This document shows, piece after piece, positions 36,779 to 50,978 of a stretch of 64,000 bases of DNA. Both the position numbers and the translations under genes were made by a program. Under the pieces are notes generated by a model. It saw nothing but the letters and a program-made list of their open reading frames with translations. It was not told the DNA's origin and searched no databases. Numbering within the stretch: position 1 is the first letter of the stretch; each line of letters begins with the position of its first letter. This DNA comes from Proteromonas lacertae. Taxonomy: Eukaryota. The stretch is from the NCBI GenBank assembly GCA_002245135.1, contig NGBS01000586.1:248001-312000 (forward strand). Direction: 5' to 3'.

Positions 36779-37625
36779 ATTTTGTATATTTATGACAAAA
36801 AATGGATTATAAAAATGAAATGAAGGCTTGGCTTGAAATTTATAAAATCTCAAAATAGATCAAAATAGCCAACTTTGGCAATAACACAAGTCTTTTTTAT
36901 AATTTATCTCCTTTTATAGATGCGTTGATATTTTTGTTTTTGATTGTTATGAATATTTAAGAAATTTTCATACAAAAATGTTAAAGATATATGAGTTGGA
37001 GTTATTAGAGCTGGTAATACTAAATAATAAAGAGATAGCTCGAATGGATTAGGTAAATCTAAACCTTTTATTAGAGTAAAACTCGTATATGTGGATAAAT
37101 TAGCTTTGCAACTACATTATTATCTATATGATAAGATTCCATTTCATGCTTTTCACATAGTTTTTCTTATTCATCGATATGTTAATTATCATCAAAACAA
37201 AAATGATTATAATAAACCTCTAAAATAATTTTATGACTAACAACAACAAAAATAATCCTTCACTCATTGAAAAGCGAAATTCTACTATCAGATAATGTTA
37301 ATAGTTTTAATACTTCAAATACAATAAATTCTAAATATTTACATCGTCTATTATTTTCATTTTCAATTATTCCACAAAATTTAGGATTGTGTTATTTTAA
37401 TGGAACATTACTAGATAAATACAATACACACCAATAATTTTATGCTTTTATATCATTAATAATCTTTCTTCTTATAGGATTACTCATTTATCAAAAAATA
37501 AAAACAGAAAAGGCTTGAAACAAATCAAACAAATAAAGCTTGAGTGAAATGAGAACGTATAGTAATCTCTTGTATATCAAGTATTGCATTAAAATCCCTT
37601 TTAATTATTTTTTAAGACTGTAATA

Positions 37626-38321
37626 ATGGGTATAAAATTAACATTTATTATTCAATAGGTATTTCCAGAGATAGTTTCCATAAACGTCGTAACACTGGTG
37701 GTAAAAGAGTCATATCAACCAAGAAGAGACAATATTTATGTGGAAGACAACCAGCTCATACCAAACTTCTTCTCCAAAGTACTAAGAAGCATCAGACCAA
37801 AGTAGTACACACTGTAAGATGTCGTGGTGGCAATTTAAAATACAGAGCTCTCCGTTTATCAGCTGGTAACTTCTCATGGGGAACTGAAGGTATATAATAT
37901 TTTTTTAATGCATTATTTTAATTACTTAGTCTGTACAAGAAAATGCCGTATTTTAGATGTTGTGTACAATGCATCAAACAACGAATTGGTCAGAACTAAA
38001 ACTTTAGTTAAAGGATGTATTGTTGAAATCGATGCTGCGCCATTCAAAACATGGTTTGAAAACCATTATGATGTAAAAATCGAAAAGAAAGGTGAAGAAC
38101 CAAAATTCGATGCTGAAAAGAAGAGAAACGACAAAACAAAAGCAAAGACTGAAGCTAGAAGAAAGAAGGCCGTATGGGATCAAGCCATTTTAGATGAAAT
38201 TGTAGGAAACAGATTATTAGCATGTATTTCTTCAAGACCAGGACAATGTGGACGTGCTGATGGATATTTACTTGAAGGTGAAGAATTAGCTTTCTACCAA
38301 AAGAAAATCGTTAAAAAGTAA
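37626..38321 (+). CDS. RPS8: 40S ribosomal protein S8 (eS8)
   Basis: [76 protein letters not shown]; 2 introns. Confidence 0.97.
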
Positions 38322-38464
38322 AAATATAATTATGAATTAATACACAAGGGATTTTTATTTATGTTTATTAGGAAATAATCATTTAACTTCTTTCTCCCAA
38401 AGTTGGCAAGAAGAGAATATATTATTTTATTCATTAAAAAAAACATTATTTAATAGAATAAAAG

Positions 38465-41171
38465 TTAGACTATATTTCGCTTCTTTTTACTGCAATAATC
38501 ATCGTAATAATATACCACTTCATAATTTTCCCATAATGAAAATTTCATTTCTATAAATGGATATTCTTCTTTCTCTAATGATTTAGAACAAATAGATTTT
38601 AATCCCTTTATTCTTATATAATTTCCACTTAGATTTATTCTTTTACAATCTTTAACAGAATCTATTTTTTCTGATAATAATATCACACTTTCATCATCTA
38701 TTTCTATATTACTCAAATCTATTCCGTCAAAATCCACTAATAAATCTAATTTGTTTAATAACAATTTAAATCCAACATTACCAATTTTATTACCTATAAA
38801 AGCAATAATAGAAATAATTACATAAATATACCATAAATACAAATACAAGAAATATTATCATTTTCATTCAAATACAAGAAATATTCTATCCCATCTGAAT
38901 CAATAAAGTTATCACTTATATCAAGTTCTATCTTCTCTTCAAGATTCTTTAAACTATCTAATAAATATTTTAAACCAGTTGAAGATAATCCCATATCTTT
39001 ATATAATAATAATAATAATAATACTATAAAAATTTGTTATATCAATAAAATAGATAATAATCTTGATCATTATGACAATATTCTTTCACTAGGAAATTCA
39101 AATATGGTGCTACTATTCTCATTCCTTCATCTCCAATCAAATTTCCACTTATTTGAAATTCTCTTAATTTTGGAAATGAATTTATCAGTATTTTCATACT
39201 TTCACATGTTAATTTATTATCTATAGCCTAAATCAATATCAAATTATACCTCTTAAATCTAATGCATTTATATCTTCCAATTCATTTGATCTTAATGAGA
39301 TGAAGGATTTAAACAAATCATCATCAATATCTAAGATGCTAAGATCCAATATGTTATAATAATCTCCATTCTCATCTACATCTACACTTTTAATGATATT
39401 GATTAATTCAGGAATATCTTCATCAACCAATAAATCTTTTTGTGCATCACAATGTACTTTTCCAACTTTGAGTAATAAAGATTTCAATCCTTTGGAATGA
39501 ATATTTTTATTTCCTCTTATGTCTATTTCCTTTATTTTTGGATATTTGTATAATTCTTCTGATAATAATATCATTGATTCATCATCCAATTTGCATTTCA
39601 AAAAGATACAATTCATTTTCTTTGTTGATTAATAAATGTAAATATGGAAGCAATAATTTAAAACCTTCTAAACCTATTGAATTATCTATTATATAAAATA
39701 AATTGATAATATATATACATGAAAGATCTACATGTTCCAATTTCATAAATGGAATTGATTTCACAAATGATTCAATAAATATAATAGTAATATTACAAAA
39801 TGATAAATCTAATTCTTGCAAAGATGATAATCGAAAAAATAAAGATCCAAATAATGATTGTTGTTTAATTGGAATGAAGGAATATAAAATTATACCAAAT
39901 CTAAGTTTTGTTGGATTGATCAGTTTCATTATTTTAAAGAGATAATTCATTCCTTCTTCACATAAACACATACTTTCCGAAGGAACTTTAATTCTTTCAT
40001 CATTATAATCAGTGTGAATGTTAAGAATTATTTTATCTAAATAACACTCTTTTCCTTCTTTACACAGGTGATTTATTTGATATTTCACTTTATCTTCTAT
40101 TGATCTATCTTTTTTGTATAATTTCATCATCAATAATATTGATAGTTTTCTTTCATTTGGTTTATTATTGTATGATTTTATCAAAACATCTCGAAGTTCT
40201 TCTCTTTTATTACATTGAAGATAATATTCTGATGGATATATAATAGGAAGCGTTAAAATCATATTATCGCTACTGAATAATATATCTTTTCTTTCTTCAT
40301 ATATCATCAAATTATCATCATTATCTCTCAATATTTCACTCATTTTTATCATTTCTTTATTCAACTCTTTTAAACTCAGTCTATCTTCACTCTTTACTTT
40401 TAACATTCTCAATATCATCTCTTTCATTCTATCATCACATTCTACTTCAAAACTGTATTTACATTTCATAACATTCTCTTTTGTTTTATTCATATTATCA
40501 TCTTCATTGAATGGTAATTTCTTAAACATCATTTCATATAATATACATCCAATTGACCAAATCACACTTTCATCATTACATTCATATCCACTTAATTCTT
40601 CTAAGCTTTTGAAACAGATATCATACACTCTCATATCATCTTCTTTTCTTAATTCATTCAACAATAAATCACATATTTTTACATTACCATCTTCTTCATA
40701 TATTATGTTACTACTCTTCAAATTACCTACCACTACATCATATTCATTCAATATCATCAATATATCACATATTGAACATATTACATCACATATTTCATTC
40801 ATTGAAAGAGATTTATTCTGAATTATCTCTTCCATGTCTCTCAAGTAATATTTTCGTTTCAATATCACATATTCACTTTCAATATTTACTTGGAGTGTTT
40901 TAGAGGGATAAATAAAGGGTAAATGACAGTCTAACAGTAACTTATTGTTCTCTAGGAATTTTAATATCTTCTTTTCCTTAATTCCTGATACACTCAACAT
41001 TTTCATCATCTCAATATCATTTTCATGTTGAATTACAATTTCATCTTCATTACTACTTTTTTCTACTCTTTCTTTTATCTAGACAATAGTAAAAAACTAA
41101 AATACTTCAGTATGAGATGGTAATATCAATGATAGAATGTCATCTACAAGAGATTTTAAGAAAAAAAACAT
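38465..41171 (-). CDS. Pseudokinase-LRR family copy 3 (longest; probably 3'-truncated or disrupted)
   Basis: MFFFLKSLVDDILSLILP exon, intron, kinase-like domain (VGNLKSSN, ICDLLL, IWSIGCILYEM), then multiple RNI-like LRRs over several exons; frameshift near 39600. Confidence 0.75.
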
Positions 41172-41334
41172 TTTTCTGTTTCAAAATTTTGAGTCGTTTT
41201 TTAATTAATTTCTATTTTTACATAAATAGCTATTCTATGGGCATATAAATAAAATTAATCCACCCACATAAACATTACATTATTAATAATCAAAACAAAA
41301 AACAATCATATCTCATTAATTCTCTATTCCCTCT

Positions 41335-43238
41335 CTAATGATGGAATAATCTCTCTCCAGTATGAACCATTGTCATACCATACTCATCACAAGCAGCAGT
41401 AACTTCTTGATCAGCAACACTACCACCTGGTTGAGCAATATACTTCACACCATACTTACTAGCATGATCAATATTATCTCTGAATGGGAAGAAAGCATCA
41501 CTGGATAGGGATACACCACTTAATGTCTTTAAGAACTCTTTCTTAGATTCATCAGATAATGGTTCTGGAACTTTCTCGAATAATTTCTCCCATGTAATTC
41601 TTTCAGCATCTGTTAAGTCTCCTTCAATGTATCGAACTCTAGCATTCACTCTATCTTGTCTCTTTACACCAGATGCGAATTTCAAATCTAATACTTGAGG
41701 ATGTTGCCTTAAATACCAAGTGGTTACTTTTCTTGCTGCTAATTTTACACAGTCTACTCTTGATTGTTGGCCAGCACCTACACCAATCATTTGACCATCT
41801 AATGCATAACCAACACTGTTACTTTGAGTGTATTTAATACATATTGAAGCTAAGATTAAATCAATAATTGCAGTATCAGTTAAGTCTTTTGTCTTAGTGA
41901 CAATATTCTTTAAATTTTCTTTAGTGAATAAGAAATTGTTGTGTTTTTGAGCTAATACCATTCCGTGTAATTCTCTAAATTCCATTTCTGGCATCTTAAA
42001 GTCAGGATTACCCTGTAAAATAATGAATGAACCTTTCTTCTTGTTCTTTAATATTTCAAATGCTTCTGGTTCAAAGGATGGTGCAATAATACCATCACAT
42101 ACTTCAATCTTTAAAATATTAGCAGTAGCAACGTCAACTTTGTCTGAAATTGCGACGAAATCACCAAAGGAACTCATTGGATCAGCATTTCTGGCTCTTA
42201 AATAAGCTAATGATGTCTCTGTCATTTCTCTATCACCTACTTCATAAGCTTGCTTCAATGCATCAGATAATGGTAATCCAATTGCACAACCAGCTGGAGA
42301 AACGTGTTTAAAACTAGCAGCACATACTCTTCCTAATGATTTCTTCACTTCTTGAACTAATTGCCATGAATTAGCTGCATCGCATAAATTAATATAACCT
42401 GGCTTGCCATTGAGTACAGTAAATGGTAATGTACTTCCTAACATTGAATATACAGCAGCTGGTGCTTGAGATGGATTGCAACCATATTTTAAAGACATTT
42501 CATATTGATAAGGTCTTGTAACGACTATAAATTTAAAAATAAAATTAATATATAATAAATACCAGCTCCTGGTTGTTGTTCAGTTTGTTGTGTAAACCAA
42601 TTAGAAATAGATGAATCATATTTTGCACTTAATGAAAACGCTGTAGCAGCAAATCTACGTCTTGTCTCCAATGATGTACAACCGTTGTTCTTTTTCATTT
42701 CTTCGATTAAATCAGAGTATTGTGTTGGACTGGTTACAATGGTTACATAGTTGTGATTCTTAGCAGATGATCTTAACATACTTGGACCACCAATATCGAT
42801 ATTCTCAATACAAGTATCAAAATCACTACCTTTAGAAACAGCTAATTCAAATGGATATAAATTCATTACTACTAAATCAATCCATTCTACTCCATTGTTC
42901 TTACGATCTTCCTCATGTTTCTCATTTCCTCTTACACCTAATAAACCTCCGTGTACTTTTGGATGTAAAGTCTTAACACGTCCGTCCATCATTTCTGGAA
43001 AACCTGTGTATTCAGATACATCCATAACCTTAATTCCGTTATCTCTTAATGCTTTTGCACTACCTCCTGTTGACATTATAACAACACCTTGTGATTCCAA
43101 AAATTTGCCTAAATCAACTAATCCTGTCTTATCAAAAACAGAAATAATAGCTCTTCCAATTTTACGCATGTTTTCAGAACTACCTATACAAACAATTAGA
43201 TTTCAAATACCTTTGACTGCTGTTAATGTGTGAGACAT
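41335..43238 (-). CDS. ATIC: Bifunctional AICAR transformylase/IMP cyclohydrolase (PurH)
   Basis: AIISVFDKTG, STGGSA, DGRVKTLHPKVHGGLL, ENIDIGGPSMLRSSAKNH, LKYGCNP, SFKHVSPAG, KYTQSNSV, SDAFFPFRD, RLFHH*. Confidence 0.97.
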
Positions 43239-43545
43239 TGCAAATAAGAGAAAAAGAGAAATTAATGAGATGAGAATTAAAATCTATTTTGAAATTAGGA
43301 TTTCAATAGTTGTAGCAGATCGTGTCAAATTAGAGAGATTCAACGAATATATTTTTAGTAATTGTTTTAATCAAAACGGCTATTTTCGAAAAGGTGTTTT
43401 TTTTCATCCTATCGAACTTTGAAAAAATCAAAATTACATCATAAGTTCAATAAATAGTGATATATATATATATATATAACTTAAAGCAATCCAGTTTAAT
43501 TAACAGAATCAATTACTCATCCAGAAAAGCATCTAACAAAGCGCA

Positions 43546-46353
43546 ATGGCAAATATAAAATTTCGAAACACTAATCCTAATATGGGAGAGAATGAGTTGT
43601 TGCATGTGTGTGAACCATTTCCCTTTTCTTGTTCAATAGAAGTACCTTCAAAGTATATATCATTATTTAAATTAATAAAATATATAGTTTTGATGAAGCA
43701 ATGAAACAATGTGTAAAAGTGGAGTTATGGACAGATTTGTGTGATATTACTCAGTATAATGGTTTATAGCTATTGTCTAGTAAAAATAATGAATGGCACT
43801 CAGTAGAAATGCGATTAATTCGTTGTGAAAATTGCATATTATACTTTGGTATATCAATATTCGTAATAAAGAATGGAAAATTTGGAATGACCATGAGACT
43901 AAAATACAAAGATGACGATTATATTTGGAGTGGAGATGGTACTAATAATATAGCAATCATTAGTTTGCCATTACAATTGAAGTACCAACGAGAATTCACA
44001 CTAGATTCCGTTGAACATTTTGTACAGTGGTATAATTTATGTTTAAAATATATAACCAATGAAATGGCAAATTCTACATCCACAACACCTAGTGCTTCTC
44101 CACTTTCTATTAATAGTTACAGTAGTAGTAACTATGGTAGCAGTAATAGTATAAATGAAATAAAATATATCCGAAGTTTTACTTGTTCATTTGTGGGATT
44201 GAATATGTTTAGATGTTTTGAATGATGTAGCTGTCAGTGATAGTATTGTACAACTGTTATTAGATTCAAAACATTTAACTAGTAGTTCTGCTTGTAAGAG
44301 AATTATATTGTATTTTATTGGTAGTTCTTATATTACGAATTCTCTATTTAAAAAGTATATATACATATACATATATATTGTAGGATATGTGATTATGTTG
44401 ATGAAGATGATAAAGATGAAGAATATGATAGTTACGATATTAATGAAAATAATTTCTATACTAATATAAAAGACATGAATACTCTTCGAAACGCTATGAA
44501 TTCATTCATCGATGTAATCATCAAGAATAAATTCACAGAAATTTCATATTCGAATAATCTCAGTAAAAATGGAAAATCGAATGATATAAAACCAACTATT
44601 AAAGATCCTCATTCTAGTAGCAATAATAATGAATTAAGATCACGAACACTCTCCAAATTACCAGGTCAATCGATGCCAAACCTTTGTCATAGTAGTAGTA
44701 TATCTTATGATCAAGGAAATAGTTGTTTTTATGAATTATTAATTGATTTAATTAAATACAATAGTTGTGAACTCTTTAATCATAGAAACATTGAGGCTTT
44801 AATGAATTTGTTAATAACTACAGATGATTCAATGATTCATTTATATGTTTATAAAACACTCCGATATTTATATGACAAACCTCCAACAAATGTTAATGGT
44901 AAATTGTATAGTTTGACAAGCTTTATTTTGGAGATATTAACCTCCATGTTCCGCTTACATGAAATGACCATGAGAGAAATGAAAAAGAATCAATTCAGAT
45001 ATGAAGGTGATTATATAATGGATGGAAAAGAAGTAAGTCCACTTTATTCATTATTGAAATTATTAACTAAGCTATTAGATCCAACTCCGAAGTATTTATC
45101 TTCGCTTAAAACATCATCTGTTCCTCCACTCGGTTTGGGTTTTAATTCTCCACAAATAACTCCATCTTTTTCACCATCATCCAATACTAATTCACCTCCA
45201 CCTTTATCATTATTACAATATTCTCCATCTCCATCTTTAATACCTCAATCTCCAGGATTATTAAACTCCAGCAACGGTAATAATAATAACGATGATATTT
45301 CATTACCAGTAAATATCAGTTTTAATATCGAAACTAAGAATCTAAAGCGTAGGAAAATGAGAAAACCACCACCAATGTCAAAGAGTGGTTTTGTAATTGG
45401 AGATGAAGATAGTGATGATGATAATATAAGTAGTAGTAAAAGCAATAATAACTTAGAAGTTGATGATGATGATGATGATGACGATGACGATGGTATATAT
45501 GATTCATTTATGCCTGCTTATCCATCACCTCGACCTTTAAATATGATGAATAAATCAAAGTCAATGTTACCAATGAATGGAGATAGTATATTAAACTCAA
45601 TGATGATATCTGATTCGACTAATATTGAAAGTGATCATATTCCTTTTCATAAATCATTATTTTTGAGAAAACAGAAACGAATTATTATTAATAATAATAA
45701 TAATAATAATAATAATTTATATATGCAACAACAACAACAACAACAAGTGTCAGTGAAAGAACAAATCGAATCTCAAATACAAACTATTCAAGATGACTAC
45801 AATTTACATATTAAAGAATTGATCCATAGTTTATTAGGTTTAGTTTATATCTTAGATATAGATAATAATGATTATAAGAAGATAATAGAAATATTAAAAA
45901 ACCTTTGTTCTAAACAGGATAAGTTGTTAAATTTCATTATTATTGAATATATCACCAAGCACTTCCCTAAAGAAAGTACTAAGAGTTGTTCATTGTTGAG
46001 GTTGTTATTTAGTGCAATTAATGAGTTTGATTCACCCAAGCCTCTTATTGATAAGAATCTAGGAGTATATTTTATAATTATCTTATGTATATTCTATATA
46101 GCCCACTATTATTAAACGAGTATGTAAATGTATTCGTAATACTCATGTGGATGTGATAGCTACCGCTTTGAATGGAATTGAACCATACAGTAATAATATC
46201 TTCTGGGGATTGGTAAATGGATGTGGGTTAAAGATTCAAATTGTTCAATATGTGAAATCTGCTATTGAAAGTAACTTGGATAGTTGGTATAATGAGATTA
46301 AAGTGAAAACAAAGAATATTTTAGATCTTCTTCATCATGACGGATATCTTTAA
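43546..46353 (+). CDS. Uncharacterised multi-exon protein, paralog of 394-3181
   Basis: Same domain layout and shared motifs as the 394 gene; poly-N, poly-Q and poly-D tracts; apparent frameshift near 44220. Confidence 0.7.
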
Positions 46354-46485
46354 ATATTAATTAAAAAAGTGCGATAATATAAAATATGTTTTGCTGTTTT
46401 AATAAAGAAATAAACCATATTTATCAAAATAGAATTGCAAGCTTTATTTGAAAAAGAAACTGTCAAATTTGTTTTTATCGTTTTA

Positions 46486-47427
46486 ATGAGCAGTCAAGAG
46501 GCTCATGGCATTGAAATATATGAGAGTGCTGAGCAATTAATTTATCCTTCAGGAAGACGTAGAAATAACGATGAAAATGATCAATTTTTGCCATTACTTA
46601 ATAAACCAAAACCAAAGAGAAAATCTTTTGTTACACCTAGAGGTGATGATTATAATAACAGTAGTAGAGATGTCGGAATCCCTGATGGCTCATATTTTGA
46701 ATATGAATCAACACATGGTAAAGCAAAACAACAATTAGAATTACTGTATTATTTATGATAGTTATTTTTTACATATAGAAGGAATCAAAAGAAACAAATG
46801 ATCTCAAGAATTAATCATTTAAAACGTTTGCAAGAACATGCAATAAAATGTACAGAAAAACAAACGCGTATTATTGGTCGTCAATTAGAGTTTAAAGAAG
46901 AAAGATTAATAACAGAAAGAGATAGAAGAGAATTCCGAAGAAAAGAAAAAGAAAAATTAGATAAAAGAGGAGCTTATTTAAGAGAATTAAGAATGAGATG
47001 TCATAATGATTTAATAAATATGATGAAAGAAGAACAAGAACGACGTGCAAAAGAAGAAGCTGAAGAGAAGAGAAGAAGAGAAGATGAATTAAAAAGACTT
47101 AGGCAAATGGAAGTAGAAAGATGTAGAAACTTGAATTTAAAGAGAAGATTTGAACATAGACAGAGAATGGTAACTATTCATACATTGAAAGAAAAAGAAA
47201 TTGAAGCGATTAGAAATCAACGAATAGAAGAAACAAATCAAAAACTAAAAGAATCTGAAAGATTGGCTGATGAAATAAAGAGGATGAAAGAACAAATAAA
47301 AGAGTTGGACAATCAATTAGATGAGATTACTTTATTGGGTGTAAATACTGTAGAAGGTGGAAAAGAATTGTTAGAAAATGCTACTTTAGAAGTAGAAGAT
47401 AATAATAATGAGAATATGTATTGTTAA
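46486..47427 (+). CDS. Charged coiled-coil protein
   Basis: Two exons (intron ~46746-46778); E/K/R-rich helical sequence. Confidence 0.65.
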
Positions 47428-47553
47428 TAATATAATTTAGATTTTGTAATTTATTATTTAATTCTTTTTAAAATAAATGTTTTTGCATTGTGATAAATGA
47501 AATAACACATTCTCTTAAATAAAATCTAAAATCAATCATTTATAATTTATGAA

Positions 47554-48560
47554 TTAAAAGAATATATTTATAGCTATTCCAACACATACTATTGACACTA
47601 TTATTCCACTCCAAAAATACAACATTCCATTATCTTTCATTCTACTGTAATTATATTTACTGAAATTCTTATCATTCTCTTTTACAACAATTCCATTATA
47701 ACATAATTCAATTCCTTCATATAACTTCATTATAACATTATATTTTCTATTTATTACACTTTTATCATCTTTATCCTTATTTTCTATTTTTAAATTTAAT
47801 TGATAATTTACTGGTAAATGATCAAATGAATAAAGCGTTTTTATTTGTTTATTTTTTCTTAATTCATTGATTTTACACATTGTATTAATTCTGCTCACTT
47901 CTCGTGGTATTTCAACTATTTCATATTTTATTCTGTCATCAGATGTTGTATTGAAAGTGATGTTAAAGGAATTAGATTCTTTTGTAATCTTAGAAACTGG
48001 CTTTATATCACCGATTTCTTTCAATTGAGGTATATGGTCAGTTGCTATTCAATAATTAAAATAAATTATTATTATATAAATACCATTCAAAAAGAATACT
48101 CCTAATTGAAAGGTAGAGTTCTGTTTAGCATATACTGTTATAAATAATCTTAAATATCTTGACTGAATAACTACTATATTATCTGTATAATTCCTGTCTG
48201 ACACCCAAACACTGTTAGTATCTCTACTTGACTGTAAAAATGAAAGTATTGGTAATATGGGTGGTTGAATCATTAAATGAACATTACCAATACATGGAGA
48301 TACAATTACTAGGATGCTTCCTTGGTGCATTTGAGACATAATCCAATCAAAGTGCATTTCTTCACCTATTGTTAAATTATATGTTGGTACATCGCTATTT
48401 GAATTTGGATCATATGTGAACTTGTGACAATTAGGAATAACTGTTCCATTCATCGACTCACAAGGATTAGGAAAGGCAGTCTCTTTGGCATTGCAAAAGA
48501 ACAGGAAAACAAAAAAAATTATCTAAAATATATGAATGTGAAACGAAATACAAATGACAT
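47554..48560 (-). CDS. Single-pass type I surface protein family, member 1
   Basis: Micro first exon, signal peptide, HFDW, SPCIGNVHLMIQPP, FITVYA, C-terminal TM helix; homologous to the 52041, 53390 and 56582 genes. Confidence 0.75.
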
Positions 48561-48672
48561 AAAAAATAACTGACAAAATACTTCAAACAGCAATTCAAAC
48601 TTATTCTTAAAAATCTAAGGAACATCATCACAATCATTATATTTTAGATTAGTGATAATTCATAGGAACTAT

Positions 48673-49190
48673 TTAATCTTCTTCCATTGTATTCTCTATC
48701 ATATTCTTCAATTCTGGAATTACATTGTCAATCTTGTCTTTTAACATCTCATTCATTTCTTCTTCATTTTCTAAATCTAATATTGATTTTATAAATTCAT
48801 CTTGTTCACTGATTATCTTTTTAGCTAATTTTATATTATCTCTTAATCTCTTTATTCGTTTCTATTGATTAAATTATAATATTTATCATTTCATATATAT
48901 ATATATATATATATTATATATACACTTTCTGTTTTCATCACCATTACTGGATGTTCATTCAACTCATTTCCAGTTTCTATTAGATTATTTTGCTGTTCAA
49001 TTCGAAATAATAATGCTTGGATTTTAGAATGTAAATAGGTTAAGTATTGTTGTTTGAAATAATCAACTGGCATTTCGATTATTTCTCTTGAACTTGCTTC
49101 TTCTTTGATTTGTTCTAATGAAAATACAACATCAGCTAAAGCAGTTGTTTGTTTATTTACTAAATCCTATATCACAAATTATAAATATAA

Positions 49191-49225
<35 letters not shown>

Positions 49226-50215
49226 TAAATACATCAACTGCATCTCTCAATTCACTCACATAACTTCTCAATGTATCATTTTCTTTTTGTAATTCAATAA
49301 ACTGATTATAATAACTCTCACTTACAACACTTTGAAATTCTTTGTAAGCTTTTTCTTTACTTACTTTATATTGAGGTACTGGCTTCATTTGACTATTTAA
49401 TACAATACCACTTTTTAGTCTGTTTTCTAATGATTTAATCAATTCTTCTTGCTTTATTAAGTTTTCTTGATCTCTTAATTTATTTTGATATTTCAACATC
49501 CTTAGTTCATTAAATATTTTAGCATTTTTTTGATATTCTAAAATCAATTCATTATTATTATTAATAGATTTTATTAAATTATCTCCTGATTCTTTTAATC
49601 TGTTTATATTTCCCTATTTTTGTATTAATATTTATTATATTATATTATATTATATTATTTATACTTGATATTGATTTTCTAATCGACTGATTTTAAAATT
49701 GTTTCGTTCTTTCTCTTTGTTCTTTTCTGAATATAATTTCTTTATTTCTTTTTGTTTAATTTTTAGTTTGTTTATTTCTTCTTCTCCATTTTTGATTTTT
49801 TGATTTGTTTCTCGAATCTTATTTCTTATTATACTTTCATCATTTATTAATCGATTTCTTTCAGCTTCTTTCTTTCGAAGAGTTATTTGAGATTCTTCCA
49901 AACTGCTCAAATCACTTCTTCTTTGATTGATTAGAGTATATAAACAGTTTATTACTTTTATTGCATCTTCTTCTGATAACTGAAGAAAATTGGAAGGTAC
50001 AGGAAATTTCATATCTTCCATTCTATCAATTGATTATCAATAATGAATATACGTAATTTTTAAGAAAATTGCTTTATCATAAATAGAGATGACATTAGGA
50101 TCTCCATGTGTAGGAGCTACATAGTTAAAATTTGATAAAATATACTCACTACACATGCATCGGACATTTCAAAACTAGAATTTATGGATATGTCGTTTAT
50201 ACCGTCTATTTCCAT
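48673..50215 (-). CDS. SSX2IP/ADIP-like coiled-coil protein, tandem copy A
   Basis: MKFPVP..VINCLYTLINQRRSDL..coiled coil..ELQKENDTLRSYV resembles the ADIP domain; multiple short introns. Confidence 0.55.
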
Positions 50216-50946
50216 AGATTTTATAGTTATACATAAAAATACACTAAATACACTAAAACTTTGTATTTTGTATATACAACCAAAAACACAATAATACAAT
50301 CATTTTATATTAAAAAACTGATGATTCTGATGATATACTACCGCTCACAGATGTTGGTTTCTTAGGTAGAGTTTCATCTTCTTCAATTGTTGTTTCATTT
50401 ATCTCACTTGGCATTGCAAATGATATTCCATCAACTGGTGTCGGAGGAACATTCTCTATCATATTCTTCAATTCTGGAATTACATTGTCAATCTTGTCTT
50501 TTAACATCTCATTCATTTCTTCTTCATTTTCTAAATCTAATATTGATTTTATAAATTCATCTTGTTCACTGATTATCTTTTTAGCTAATTTTATATTATC
50601 TCTTAATCTCTTTATTCGTTTCTATTGATTAAATTATAATATTTATCATTTCATATATATATATATATATTATATATACACTTTCTGTTTTCATCACCAT
50701 TACTGGATGTTCATTCAACTCATTTCCAGTTTCTATTAGATTATTTTGCTGTTCAATTCGAAATAATAATGCTTGGATTTTAGAATGTAAATAGGTTAAG
50801 TATTGTTGTTTGAAATAATCAACTGGCATTTCGATTATTTCTCTTGAACTTGCTTCTTCTTTGATTTGTTCTAATGAAAATACAACATCAGCTAAAGCAG
50901 TTGTTTGTTTATTTACTAAATCCTATATCACAAATTATAAATATAA

Positions 50947-50978
<32 letters not shown>

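Noticed and set aside
36854..37620. Long intergenic region upstream of RPS8 as an ncRNA locus
   Set aside because: No convincing snoRNA boxes, stable stem or ORF by eye; needs a covariance-model search.
45681..45746. (AAT)n and (CAA)n repeats as a CRISPR-like or functional array
   Set aside because: Simple coding microsatellites (poly-N, poly-Q) typical of AT-rich eukaryotes; no repeat-spacer structure.
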